Source: an uncultured candidatus Porisulfidus sp.
GTDB taxonomy: Bacteria > Pseudomonadota > Gammaproteobacteria > Poriferisulfidales > Oxydemutatoraceae
DNA: 64,000 nt
Direction: 5' to 3'
Assembly: GCA_965215125.1 (NCBI GenBank)
Contig: OZ244052.1
Coordinates: 1,632,001-1,696,000 of the forward strand
Below the pieces are notes generated by a model. That model was not told the origin of the DNA. It saw only the letters and a list, made by a program, of their open reading frames with translations, and ran no database searches. Within the stretch, counting starts at the first letter, position 1; every line of letters begins with the position of its first letter. Made by a program: the position numbers and the translations under genes. Of this stretch, positions 10,401 through 21,200 are shown one piece after another.

Positions 10401-12027
10401 CTCTCAATGTCTCGTTTATGCCCGCTTGCAATGGGATAAGATTACTTAAATCGCCGCTATTCTTTTCGGAGAAATAGTCGGTGTTTTCTCCTGATTTGAC
10501 AATTGAAATCGTTGCGGTGTTGTGGATAGAATAGGGTCTTAGTTGAATCCGAGTGATGGCACGCGAAATGTTTATATCGTAGTCAAACACCACCGGTGAA
10601 AAAGGCCGATTGCGAAATATTTCGGTATTATCCTGCTGTTCGCCGTCCACCACCAAAAATAAAATGCTCAAACCCTTATTGCGAATAGCTTGACCGGATA
10701 ACAGCGCACCGCAAGGCGGCAGTGGTGTATCGGGATTTACATCGCAGGCGGGGTTGTTGCTGTCGTCGCCTTCGGCATAGCGCAGTGCAGCATAAGTTTG
10801 CGTGCTACCGAAATCCCAATCGGTGATACTCCAATTTGCATAGATACCGGTTGCGGCATCTGCATTGGTCGGCGTTTGCAATTCAACGGTCGTCTGAGCG
10901 GTGCCGCCTCCCGGAGAATTCACTTGCCCACTCGTATCGGTATCCCAGTAGCTATCGGTTACCGGTAGGTTAGATAATCGTCTATTGCCTATTAGACCGC
11001 CAATGTTATTAGCACTTGAATCGGCTGTCACTGCGACGGTTGAATAGCTGTTTGTAATGCTTGGATTAACGTTTGGATCATTGTTTGTCCATAATACAGC
11101 GAGCAGACCACCTACGCTTCGGCGATTTTCATCATCAATAGAAGTGATATGCGCAGAACCCATGGTATAACTATTACTAATAGTCCCTTGACTCTCGCCG
11201 ACTAAACCACCGGCTTCCCTTAATCCTGTAACCTTAGCATTCGCATAGCTATTGATAATTGTGCCACGGTTGATGCCACAGATGCCACCGACCCAACGAG
11301 AACCTAACACAGTGCCACGCACATAACTGTTGATAATTAACCCATTCGACCCGCTTACGCCGGCTAAAAGACCGGCATTGTTCGCTTCTCCCTCAACACC
11401 GCCTTGGTCTACGTAGACATTGATTAGATTACCCTCGTTGCGACCGACCAGCCCACCGACCCGAGTATTACCTTCTACTTCTATTTCTCGCAAACCGAGA
11501 TTGCGAATGGTGCCGGTATTGCCGGCAAACATGCCGATGTCGTTAGTGCCGTCTCTATTGATTTGCAGACTGGAGATGCTATATCCGTTGCCTTCAAAAA
11601 TGCCGCTGAAAGTTCCTCCTATAGGATCCCAGCCTTGTTTCGTAGTATCTAAAAAATCAACATTGCTAAGTACCCAGCCACTGTTGACCACACCCGACAC
11701 ATAACTTTGTGCGTTTGAGAAGTCTAAATCTCTTACCAACTCATAACCGTTGCAACCGGTATTAGGGCAACCTGTGGTATTAGTCGTAGCCACTGCACTG
11801 TTTTGATAACCCGAGCCATCCAACACAAAGCGGATCGCATTCAAGTCCTCTAGGTAGCATATTTCTATCAAGCCGTCATTATCGTCGTCTATATCTACGG
11901 GGGTGTCGGGATCGTTATCAATTTCGGCAGCACAATCATCGATACTTTCGTTTTGCGCGAACACCGGTTGAGCAATCAACAAACCTAAAAATATTAGAAA
12001 ACTGTATTTACTAAAATCTATATTCAT
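1399..12027 (-). CDS. Giant secreted GLUG-repeat/Ig-like modular surface protein (paralog 1, ~3542 aa)
   Basis: Start placed at ATG 12027 (MNIDFSKY..., identical to the paralog 2 start), with a Sec-type signal peptide ending VFA-Q. Four ~700-720 aa modules, each with D[IV]DxDxDGLI, GLUG repeats (VGGLVG..N), WDFG..Y and CD.D..LP.CG followed by beta-sandwich domains. Then several cadherin/Ig-like stalk domains and the C-terminus RVFLEGPIQ. Confidence 0.85.
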   Translation of the reverse strand: MNIDFSKYSFLIFLGLLIAQPVFAQNESIDDCAAEIDNDPDTPVDIDDDNDGLIEICYLEDLNAIRFVLDGSGYQNSAVATTNTTGCPNTGCNGYELVRDLDFSNAQSYVSGVVNSGWVLSNVDFLDTTKQGWDPIGGTFSGIFEGNGYSISSLQINRDGTNDIGMFAGNTGTIRNLGLREIEVEGNTRVGGLVGRNEGNLINVYVDQGGVEGEANNAGLLAGVSGSNGLIINSYVRGTVLGSRWVGGICGINRGTIINSYANAKVTGLREAGGLVGESQGTISNSYTMGSAHITSIDDENRRSVGGLLAVLWTNNDPNVNPSITNSYSTVAVTADSSANNIGGLIGNRRLSNLPVTDSYWDTDTSGQVNSPGGGTAQTTVELQTPTNADAATGIYANWSITDWDFGSTQTYAALRYAEGDDSNNPACDVNPDTPLPPCGALLSGQAIRNKGLSILFLVVDGEQQDNTEIFRNRPFSPVVFDYDINISRAITRIQLRPYSIHNTATISIVKSGENTDYFSEKNSGDLSNLIPLQAGINETLRVMAEGVTYNFNLIKGPQNPVGIAFFGTIPPTATVSEGDDIMFRAVFDNGSGNYEYSLQQGDTVLDQGQGTNAIVTFTVPDTFLDVGETMQSIVYTITVDDGFDIASAELVLTVNKVDNGEPQLELTVSPTLLSITSNADDPDGIGTFTYQWQSRDEGHNSWTDLSATNRYTVSGTPPSTIRYRVVVNHTDGQGYNKEYTLGPFPIDVDGDDDGLIDIRYLEDLDVLRYQADGSGYRINPGSDNITVDKIVLGCPADTCTGYELLRDLDFNADDSYADATSNKSEWTVDDSTDDTDTGWLPIATVAAPFAGTFNGNNNNIFNLQINRDMVDDAYIGLFAASSLEARIENIGILDVEIEGRGSVGSLVAQNEGVITNSYAQGEVKGSQHSVGGLVAFNHSSATSVIVNSYADVTVMSTGALLSAGLVGNNHGKIRNSYAAGNVSGACDVGGLVAENGSGSDIVNSYAAGSVNRSGDCTEDITRNRAGGLVADNAGLIRNSYAYGLIDGGGGTVGGLVATGTTGMIESSYWDSTVNSGITTNIEAKTRTELQTPTNENAATGIYTNWRVADWDFGSSTQYPILRYTSPTDISIAPVCDDDLDTALPPCGGVLLDQAEKGLSNLLFFVDSRPETANKPFSLSIFSDYTINVVNKTMIELLPYSINPQGASISILKTGDSTDYFMGKRSGELSMPIPLSEGVSILTIVVGNDPTDTNPVTYSVTVNNPISAIEITSIIGADTVDEGDPVNLTATITGGDSDIYSYRWTSEPETLLAGETVTNANLSFNAPIRFVPRDDTDRDVVIKLIVGDGFVETSATKTLTIRKVDSGEPSFTVTVTVSMISIEAIVEGSDPDGDGMIDSYAWQRRGAGDTDWITIPGETSATYIIPTQDTSDSLYRAQVVSIDGQGNHFTSVVGPYRNRTDIDDDDDGLIDIYYLEDLHAVRYQTDGSGYRASEGATKSTAGCMLVGGTETCSGYELRRDLDFTIAENYINAMTNRAMWTVDNFDTAGDTGWQPIGSITNNGCSDSSSRCFAGIFEGNGHSISNLHINRDTVDDAYIGLFAASSVEARIENIGILDVDIEGRGSVGSLVAQNEGVITNSYAQGEVKGSQHSVGGLVAFNHSFATSVIVNSYADVMVMSTGALLSAGLVGNNHGKIRNSYAAGNVSGACDVGGLVAENGSGSDIVNSYAAGSVNRSGGCTEDSTRNRAGGLVADNAGLIRNSYAYGLIDGGGGTVGGLVATGTTGMIESSYWDSTVNSGITTNIEAKTRTELQTPTNENAATGIYTNWRIADWDFGSSTQYPILRYTSPTDISIAPVCDDDLDTALPPCGGVLLDQGEKGLSNLLFFVDSRPETANKPFSLSIFSDYTINVVNKTMIELLPYSINPQGASISILKTGDSTDYFTGKRSGELSMPIPLSEGVSILTIVVGNDPTDTNPVTYSVTVNNPISAIEITSIIGADTVDEGDPVNLTATITGGDSDIYRYRWTSEPETLLAGETVTNANLSFNAPIRFVPRDDTDRDVVIKLIVGDGFVETSATKTLTIRKVDNGGPGFTTTVTISMISIEAIVEGSDPDGDGTIDSYAWQRRGAGDTDWTTIPGETSATYIIPTQDTSDSLYRAQVVSIDGQGNRFTSVVGPYRNRTDIDDDDDGLIDIYYLEDLHAVRYQTDGSGYRASGGPTKSAAGCMLVGGMETCMGYELRRDLDFTIAENYINAMTNRAMWTVDNFDTDGDTGWNPIGSVAGNNCSDPSSRCFAGIFEGNGYGIFNLQINRDGTNEIGMFAGNSNTGTIRNLGLREIEVEGNNRVGGLVGRNEGNLINTHVIESRVEGKANNAGLLVGVSGSNGLIINSYVRGTVVGFRWVGGICGVNGGRIINSYANARGTGLREAGGLVGENQGSISNSYARGSVHITASNSPSRAVGGLLAVLWTGNNPSVTNNYSTVRVTADSSNNNIGGLIGNRHESNPPVTDSYWDINTSNQTASPGGGTAQTTVGLQTPTNDNAATGIYANWSTDDWDFGTTEQYPALLYNEIAGVDACDDDAATPLPRCGSLLPGQNNAKPEIISPRDGDEILLAADTNTTLSVVVSDGNINDELTVKLDALDGEGNIVASFTISGTPTGNVQRMLDLTIRVPTPDAMLVKNFRLVAEDNSGFNNAKSDEVLLNVGLEESSEPIITITPPTVPTMQLNDMTDIVVSVADNDFDEGDSVTLTAESSSRTIVSVAPEQTDNITTDTSITFTLTAEQSGEAVITFTATDSNGLKNSETVPVRVNVPPTITSFDDTVSVKEGREQTIAVSVSDADTDDSLTLSLTAMNENQDIVELVTTSVAVMTNGSVTRDAQTLRIKGLKAGMATLNITISDEHTESASVSVSVTVERNTAPTITGVPTKPIGLLEGAETMLDITIDDTDTDDLPTGLRLSVRSDDTDVASVTTEGNNTTRTIKIAGKRVGMATITMTVDDDRGATNSVVPERLMVEVEANEAPTLGIITSPGQAIEPESTARVVVSVADNNFDLDDRVTLTAESSSRTIVSVTPKQIDNITTDTNITFTLTAEQSGAAVITFTATDSKNNSTNTKIVVRTNTPPQVSSVPTSVVATVGEAFRLETGSFFSDADNDALTYSIVVDPDNLSYNFSTTGTLTFTPTNAEASTNTTGFTVTVSAADDTGGTAQAVFALLIDAQPTGSVMISRNSTNQWQLEGDPTGISDANGIARRTYRWYRNNSIIGGATGNSYTIPGNGRTAGTRYRLDVTIVDNIGQSATVQSDAITIDNIAPIIRGITITVDPPSPPLEEGDEVTITADATDENNDSLTYSWRVTSGHDGINVSSINARQVSFTLPDYLIKSSTLTQQTLALQLVVRDTAAEAVSTMVSVVVNKKDNGQANIGTLSRDNDNERILTLTGLTLTDDPDGGGLSSTVAYQWQRCWGSDGTDCSDANNWVNISGATGNSYTIPASLSGHTIAEGDLFRIGVTYTDMQGYERTVYSGSRGVSRSTEIRIRARVFLEGPIQ
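5100..9425. repeat. Near-identical 2163-bp (721 aa) direct tandem duplication inside paralog 1
   Basis: Matching sequence at a constant offset of 2163 (5484/7647, 6592/8755, 7115/9278). Boundaries are approximate. Confidence 0.85.
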
Positions 12028-12265
12028 TACATTTTCACAAAGGGAAAAATGCAATCGTAAGCAATCTTATTAAGTTGCTAGAGGGAGAAAGTGCAATCGT
12101 AAGTAATTTTGCTACGTTGCTAGAGGGGTAAATAGGGGATTATGTATATACCCGATAGTTCGGATAAATTTATAGTTATATTTTCTGATTATATACAATC
12201 TGATTATTTATGCAATAGCTTATACGGCCCTGTAAGCCCCAAGTAATAATGTGAGCTGTCGGCGG

Positions 12266-15200
12266 TTATTGGAGAGGACCCTCTAAAAATACTCTGGTGC
12301 GTATTCTAATCTCGGTGCTACGAGAAATATCTCGGCTACCGGAATACACAGTCCTCTCATAACCCTGCATGTCGGTATATGTTACACCGATGCGAAATAA
12401 ATCTCCTTCCGCTATCGTATGCCCTGATAGGCTGGCCGGGATCGTATAGGAGTTGCCAATCGCACCGGAAATGTTCACCCAATTATTTGCATCCGAACAA
12501 TCGGTTCCGTCGCTACCCCAGCATCGTTGCCATTGATATGCCACAGTACTGCTTAACCCGCCTCCGTCCGGATCACCCGTCAAGACCAAACCCGTCAAGG
12601 TTAATACCCGTTCGTTATCGTTATCTCTACGGAGTGTCCCTATATTTGCTTGGCCGTTATCTTTCTTATTCACCACCACCGATACCATTGTAGATACGGC
12701 TTCGGCGGCGGTGTCGCGCACGACCAACTGCAATGCTAGGGTCTGTTGCGTAAGGGTACTACTCTTTATCAAATAGTCGGGTAGGGTAAAACTGACTTGC
12801 CGAGCATTTATGGATGATACGTTTATTCCGTCATGCCCACTGGTCACGCGCCAGCTATAAGTCAAGCTATCGTTATTTTCATCGGTCGCATCGGCAGTTA
12901 TGGTGACTTCATCACCCTCTTCCAGCGGTGGTGAGGGTGGGTCAACGGTAATTGTAATGCCACGAATGATCGGTGCGATGTTGTCGATCGTAATCGCATC
13001 GGATTGAACGGTCGCCGATTGTCCTATGTTGTCCACAATCGTCACATCTAATCTATAGCGTGTGCCTGCAGTTCGTCCGTTGCCGGGTATTGTATAGCTA
13101 TTGCCGGTTGCGCCACCTATTATGCTATTGTTTCTATACCACCGATATGTTCTCCGTGCGATGCCGTTGGCATCCGAAATCCCTGTTGGGTCTCCTTCCA
13201 GTTGCCATTGATTAGTGCTGTTTCGGCTTATCATCACGCTACCGGTCGGCTGCGCATCTATCAAAAGTGCGAAGATTGCCTGTGCCGTGCCACCGGTGTC
13301 GTCGGCTGCCGATACGGTCACGGTAAAACCTGTGGTGTTGGTGCTTGCCTCTGCGTTTGTGGGTGTGAATGTCAATGTGCCGGTGGTACTGAAGTTATAA
13401 CTTAAGTTATCCGGGTCTACTACGATACTGTATGTCAGTGCATCGTTGTCGGCATCGCTAAAGAAGCTGCCGGTCTCTAATCTAAATGCTTCTCCTACCG
13501 TTGCCACGACCGATGTCGGCACAGACGACACTTGCGGTGGTGTATTGGTTCGCACCACAATTTTCGTATTAGTGCTGATATTCTTACTATCGGTTGCGGT
13601 AAATGTAATCACCGCCTCTCCGCTTTGCTCGGCGGTTAGCGTGAAGGTGATACTCGTATCGGTCGTTATATTGTCGATTTGTTTCGGTGTCACCGACACG
13701 ATCGTTCGGCTCGATGATTCCGCCGTCAATGTGACACTATCACCTCCCTCAAAATCATTATCCGTTACCAAGACGACGATACGCGCCGTGCTATTGAGCG
13801 GTAGCGTCTGCGCTACTGAGGGTGTTAGTATAATCGTCGGTGTGGTGTTGTCTCCGACCGGCATCTCCCGCTGACCGGGCAACAAGCTACCACAACGCGG
13901 CAACGGTGTTGCCACATCGGCATCGCAGGCATCGACACCGTCAACCTCGTTATACAGCAGTGCCGGATATTGCTTGGTGTTGCCGAAATTCCAATCATCA
14001 GTACTCCAACTGGCGTAGATGCCGGTTGCAGCATTGTCATTCGTCGGCATTTGCAATGCAGCGGTCATCTGAGCGATGCCGCCTTCCGGAGAAGCCATCT
14101 GCTCACTCGTATCGGTATCCCAATAGCTCGCGGTTAAGTTAGCAGGTACCGGTCGATTGTTTGGGTCTATACCGCCGATCAGACCGCCGATGTTATTAGC
14201 ACTTGAATCGGCTGTCACTGTGACGGTCGAATAGCTGTTTGCAATGATTGCATTAGTGCCTGCCCATACAGCGAGCAACCCTCCTACGCTTCGGCGATTT
14301 TCATCATCAATAGAGGTGATATGAGCAGAACCCATCGCATAACTATTGCGAATAGTCCCTAGATTCTCAGCCGCCAAACCACCGACTTCCCTTAATCCTC
14401 TAGCCCTAGTATTCGCATAGCTATTGATAATTGTGCCACGGTTGACGCCACAGATGCCACCAACCCAACGAGAACCTAACACAGTGCCATGCACATAACC
14501 GTTGATAATTAACCCATTTGACACGCTTACGCCGGCTAAAAGACCGGCATTGTTCGCTTCTCCCTCAACACTGCCTTGGTCTACGTAGACATTGATTAGA
14601 TTACCCTCGTTGCGACCGACCAGCCCACCGACCCTATTATTGCCTTCTACTTCTATTTCACGCAAACCGAGATTGCGAATGGTGCCGGTATTGCTATTGC
14701 CGGCAAACATGCCGATCTCGTTAGTGCCGTCTCTATTGATATGTAAATTAGAAATATTATGGCCGTTGCCTTCAAAAACACCGGCGAAACATCTGCTACT
14801 CGGATCGCTACAATTATTGCCGGCAACAGAACCGATAGGATTCCAACCGGTATCGCCGGCGATACCAAAATTATCCACCGTCCACATCGCTCTATTCGTT
14901 GCCATATTGACATAGCTCGGGGTGCTTGTGAAATCCAAGTCTCTACGCAGTTCATAACCACCACATCCTTCGCTCGGGCAACCTCGGGTAATATCGGTTG
15001 GCCCATAGCCACTGCCGTCGGTTTGATGACGCACCGCATCCAAGTCTTCCAAGTAGTAGATATCTATCAAACCGTCGTCGTCATCGTCTATATCGATTCT
15101 ATTTCTATACGGACCTAATAGACTAGTAAAATCGTTCCTTTGTGCATCGGTAGACATCACCTGCACACGATACAGGGTGTCACCGTTGTCTTGTGTCGGG

Positions 15201-18200
15201 ATGCTAAACATCGCCGATGTCTGACCGGCTATCGTTGTCCATTCGGTATCACCTGCCCCACGTCGTTGCCAAGTATAACTATCGATCGTACCGTCGCCGT
15301 CGGCATCGCTTCCCGGCACGACGGCAATGCTTATTGACGACGAGGTCACCGTCTCGGTAAAGCTCGGTTGACCGTTGTCGGCTTTAGCGACGGTTAGCAT
15401 AAGTTCGGCGGAGGCTATATCAAAACCATCGTCAACCGTTATCGTGTAGACGATGTTTTGCGTCGTCTCCCCGGCTTCTACAAAAGTATCGGGCACGGTG
15501 GCAGTGACAGTTGCAGTTGTGCCTTGTCCTTGATCCAGTACCGTGTTTCCCTGTTGCAACGAATATTCATAGTCCCCGCTACCGTTGCCGAACACGGCTT
15601 CAAGCATAATATCGTCACCCTCGCTAACGGTAGCAGTAGGGGGTATTGTGCCGAAGGAGACAACCTCAACCAGAGTCCGTGGTACTCTCAGATTAAAATT
15701 ATAAGTCACTCCATCCGCGATGATTCTCAACTTCTCGTTTATGCCTGTTTGTAATGGGATAGGATTACTTAAATCGCCGCTATTTTTTTCGGAGAAATAG
15801 TCGGTGTTTTCTCCTGATTTAACAATTGAAATCGTTGCGGTGTTGTGGATAGAGTATGGTCTTAGTTGAATCCGGGCGGTGCCATGCGGAATGTTTATAT
15901 CGTAGTCAAGCACCACCGATGAAAAAAACTGATCAAAAAATACTCTGGCATTATCCTGCTGTTCGCCGTTTATCACCAAAAATAAAATGCTCAAACCCTG
16001 ATTGCGAATAGCTTGACCGGATAACAGCGCACCGCAAGGCGGTAGTGGTGTTTCGGGATCTAAGTCGCAGGCAGGGTTGTTGCTGTCGTCGCCTTCGGCA
16101 TGGCGCAGTGCAGCATAAGTTTGCGTGCTACCGAAATCCCAATCGGCGTTGCTCCAATTCGTATAGATGCCCATTGTCGCATTGTCATTCGTCGGTGTTT
16201 GCAATTCAGCCTTAGTCTGAGCGATGCCGCCTCCTGGAGAATTCACTTGTCCGCTCGTATCGGTGTCCCAGTAACTATAGTCTACCGGTAAGTCTTCAAA
16301 TTTTCTAGCGATTAAACCACCCAGGTTATTTCCGGTTGGATTAGTAGCCGTCACCTCCACGGTTGAATAGCTGTTTGTAATACTTGGGTTTCTGCCACCA
16401 ACCCATAATGCACTAGCAAGACCACCTACGTTTCGGTTATTGCCCGCATTTGCAGTTAAATTCGCAGAACCCATTGCATAACTATTGACAACAGACCCTT
16501 GAATATCGCCCACTAACCCCCCTGCGTTCCCTGCTCCTGAAACCTCGGAGATTGCATAGCTATTGATAATTCTGCCGAGGGTTACACCACCGATACCTCC
16601 TACAAAACGACCTCCCGACGAAACAGTGCCACGCACATAACTGTTGATAATTAAGCCACTTGACTCGTTGCGGCCGACTAAAAGACCTATTGCGTTATTT
16701 TCCCCTACAATGTTGCCCTCGTGAACATGAACATTTATTAGATTTCCCCAGTCTCTGCCGACTAAACCACCAACTCTTTGATAACCCTCTATTTTTATTA
16801 GCAATAACCCGAGATTGCGAATAGTTCCGGTATTGCCGGTAAACAAGCCTATATCTTGGCTCTCGGCATTAGTCGTACTGTCCCTATTAATCTGCAAATT
16901 GGAAATGCTATGTCCGTTGCCCTCAAAAATACCGGCGAAACATCTGCTACTCGGATCGCTACAATCATTGTTAGTAATAGACCCTATAGGTTGCCAACCG
17001 TTATCGCCATCGGTATCGAAATTATCCACCGTCCACATTGCCCTATTCGTTATCGCATTTATATAGTTCTCGGCAATCGTGAAATCCAAGTCTCTACGCA
17101 GTTCATAACCCGAACAGGTCTCCGTGCCTTCGACTAGCATGCAACCTGCAGTGCTTTTAGTCGCACCGCCGCTTGCTCTATAGCCACTACCGTCGGGTTG
17201 ATAACGCACCGCATGCAAATCTTCTAAATAGTAGATGTCTATCAAGCCGTCGTCATCGTCGTCTATATCGGTTCTATTTCTATACGGACCTACTACACTA
17301 GTAAAACGGTTCTTTCGTCCGTCAATAGAAACCACCTGTGCGCGATAGAGAGAGTCACTCGTATCTTGTGTCGGTATGATATATGTCGCCGAAGTCTCAC
17401 CGGGAATCGTTGTCCAATCGGTATCACCTGCACCACGTCGCTGCCAAGCATAACTATCAATCGTGCCGTCGCCGTCGGGATCGCTTCCTTCTACTATTGC
17501 CTCAATGCTTATCATTGATACGGTCACTGTCACCGTAAAGCTTGGTTCACCACTATCAACCTTCCTGATGGTCAGCGTCTTGCGCGCACTAGTTTCCACA
17601 GAGCCGTCTCCGACGATCAGTTTGATTACGACATCGCGATCTGTGTCATCACGGGGTACAAATCTGATAGGTGCATTAAAACTTAAATTAGCATTAGTGA
17701 CGGTTTCCCCGGCTAGTAAAGTCTCCGGATCCGAAGTCCACCGATAACGATAAGTGTTAATGTCGCCACCTGTGATCGTTGCAGTTAGATTAACGGGATC
17801 GCCCTCATCCACCGTGTCGGCACCGATTATACTTGTTATTTCTATTGCACTTATAGGATTGTTGACGGTGACGCTATAGGTGACCGGGTTGGTATCGGTA
17901 GGGTCATTGCCGACGACGATTGTCAAAGTCGACACGCCTTCTGCGATAGGAATCGGCATGCTCAACTCGCCACTGCGCTTGCCCATAAAATAGTCGGTGC
18001 TATCTCCTATTTTGAGAATTGAAATAGAAGCACCTTGAGGATTAATGCTGTAAGGTAATAACTCAATCATGGTTTTATTTACTACATTTATCGTATAGCC
18101 GGAAAATATCGAGGGAGAGAAGGGTTTATTCGCTGTTTCAGGATTACTATTGACAAAGAATAATAGGTTGCTCAGTCCTTTCTCTGCCTGAGCTAACAAT

Positions 18201-21200
18201 ACACCGCCGCACGGCGGTAGTGCGGTATTGAGGTTGTCATCACACACCGGTGCTATAGAAATGTCGGTCGGCGAAGTATATCTTAGTATTGGGTATTGCG
18301 TTGAGCTACCGAAATCCCAATCGGCAATACGCCAATTTGTATAGATGCCGGTTGCAGCATTTTCATTAGTCGGGCTTTGTAATTCAGTGCGGGTTTTGGC
18401 TTCAATATTGGTAGTAATACCACTATTAACCGTGCTGTCCCAATAGCTAGACTCGATCATGTCGGTTGTCCCGGTAGCGACCAACCCCCCGACTGTGCCA
18501 TCGCCCCCGTCAATAAGCCCGTATGCATAACTATTCCTTATCAAGCCTGCGTTATCGGCTACTAAACCGCCGGCACGATTCCGTATGCTGTCCTCCGTAC
18601 AGTCCCCGGATCTGTTTACGCTACCCGCCGCATAGCTATTGACGATGTCACTCCCACTGCCGTTCTCGGCAACCAAGCCACCTACATCGCAAGCCCCGCT
18701 GACATTACCTGCCGCATAGCTGTTTCTAATCTTGCCGTGGTTGTTGCCGACCAAACCAGCCGATAATAACGCACCAGTGGACATTACCATTACATCTGCA
18801 TAGCTGTTGACAATCACGCTGGTCGCAGAACTATGATTAAACGCAACCAATCCACCGACGCTGTGTTGTGATCCCTTAACTTCTCCTTGCGCATAGCTAT
18901 TGGTAATAACACCTTCGTTTTGCGCAACCAAGCTACCTACAGAGCCTCTGCCTTCAATCTCAACATCCAATATGCCGATGTTTTCTATCCTCGCCTCCAC
19001 CGACGATGCTGCAAATAATCCGATATATGCATCATCAACCGTATCTCTATTGATCTGCAAATTAAAAATGTTGTTATTGTTGCCGTTGAATGTGCCGGCA
19101 AACGGGGCAGCTACGGTTGCTATAGGCAACCAGCCGGTATCCGTATCATCATCTACCGTCCACTCGCTTTTATTTGATGTCGCATCCACATAGCTATCGT
19201 CAGCATTAAAATCCAAGTCTCTTAATAATTCGTAGCCGGTGCATGTATCGGCAGGACAACCCAAGACGATTTTATCTACGGTGATATTGTCCGACCCGGG
19301 ATTTATTCTATAACCGCTACCGTCCGCTTGATAGCGTAGCACATCTAAATCTTCCAAATAACGAATGTCTATCAAGCCGTCGTCGTCGCCGTCCACGTCT
19401 ATAGGAAACGGACCTAGCGTATATTCTTTGTTATATCCTTGTCCGTCGGTATGATTCACCACCACGCGGTAGCGGATGGTACTAGGAGGAGTGCCCGACA
19501 CCGTGTAGCGATTGGTAGCGGAAAGATCTGTCCAGCTATTATGACCTTCGTCTCGGCTTTGCCATTGATATGTAAATGTCCCTATACCGTCCGGATCGTC
19601 TGCGTTAGAAGTGATGCTTAATAAAGTAGGACTGACGGTCAATTCCAGTTGTGGTTCGCCGTTGTCGACTTTGTTAACGGTTAGCACAAGTTCGGCGGAG
19701 GCTATATCGAAACCGTCGTCAACCGTTATCGTGTAGACGATGCTTTGCATCGTCTCACCGACATCTACAAAAGTATCGGGTACCGTGGCAGAGGCAGTTG
19801 CATTTGTGCCTTGTCCTTGATCCAGCACCGTGTCTCCCTGTTGCAGCGAATATTCATAGTTCCCGCTACCGTTGTCGAACATGGCTCTAAACATAATATC
19901 GTCCCCCTCGCTAACGGTAGCAGTAGCGGGTATAGTGCCGAAGGATACAACCTCGACCGGAGTCTGAGGTCCTCTTATCAGATTAAAATTATATGTCACC
20001 CCCTCTGCCATAACTCTCAATGTCTCGTTTATACCCGCTTGCAATGGGATAAGATTACTTAAATCGCCGCTATTCTTTTCGGAGAAATAGTCGGTGTTTT
20101 CTCCTGATTTGACAATTGAAATCGTTGCGGTGTTGTGGATAGAATAGGGTCTTAGTTGAATCCGGGTGGTGGCATGCGAAATGTTTATATCGTAGTCAAA
20201 TACCAACGGCGAAAAAGGCCGGTTTCGGAATACTCTGGTGTTATCTTGCTGTTCGCCGCCCCATACGAAAAATAAAATGCTCAAACCCTGATTGCGAATA
20301 GCTTGACCGGATAACAGCGCACCGCAAGGCGGTAGTGGTGTTTCGGGATTTACATCACAGGCAGGGTTGTTGCTGTCGTTGCCTTCGGCATAGCGCAGTG
20401 CAGCATAAGTTCGCGTGCTACCGAAATCCCAATCGGTGGTACTCCAATTTGCATAGATGCCGGTTGCGGCATCTGCATTGGTCGGCGTTTGCAATTCAAC
20501 GGTCGTCTGAGCGGTGCCGCCTCCCGGAGAATTCACTTGCCCACTCGTATCGGTATCCCAGTAGTTAGCGGTTATCGGTGGCGGGTCATCGACTCTATCG
20601 CCGATTAGGCCGCCGATGTTATTATCATCTGAATCGGCTGTTACCTCGACGATTGAATAGCTGTTTGTAACGCTCGAATTCTCGCCTACCAATACAGCGA
20701 GCAGCCCCCCTACGCTTCGGCGATTTTCATCATCGTCGGCAGTGATATGCACAGAACCCATCGCATAACTACTGCTAATAGTCCCTTGATTATTCTCGCC
20801 CGCTAATCCACCGGCTTCCCTTAATCCTCTAACCCTAGCATTCGCATAGCTATTGATAATTCTACCACCGTTGATGCCACAGATACCACCGACCCAACGA
20901 GAACCTAACACAGTGCCACGCGCATAACTGTTGATGATTAACCCATTTGACTCGTTGCGGCCGACTAAAAGACCGGCATTATTTGCTGCTCCCTCGACAC
21001 GGCTCTCAATCACATGGGCATTGATTAGATTACCTTCGTTGCGACCGACTAGCCCGCCGACCCTGGTATTACCTTCTACTTCTATTTCTCGCAAACCGAG
21101 ATTGCGAATGGTTCCGGTATTGCCGGCAAACATGCCGATATCGTTAGTACCGTCTCTATTGATTTGCAGATTGGAAATGCTATATCCGTTGCCTTCCAAA

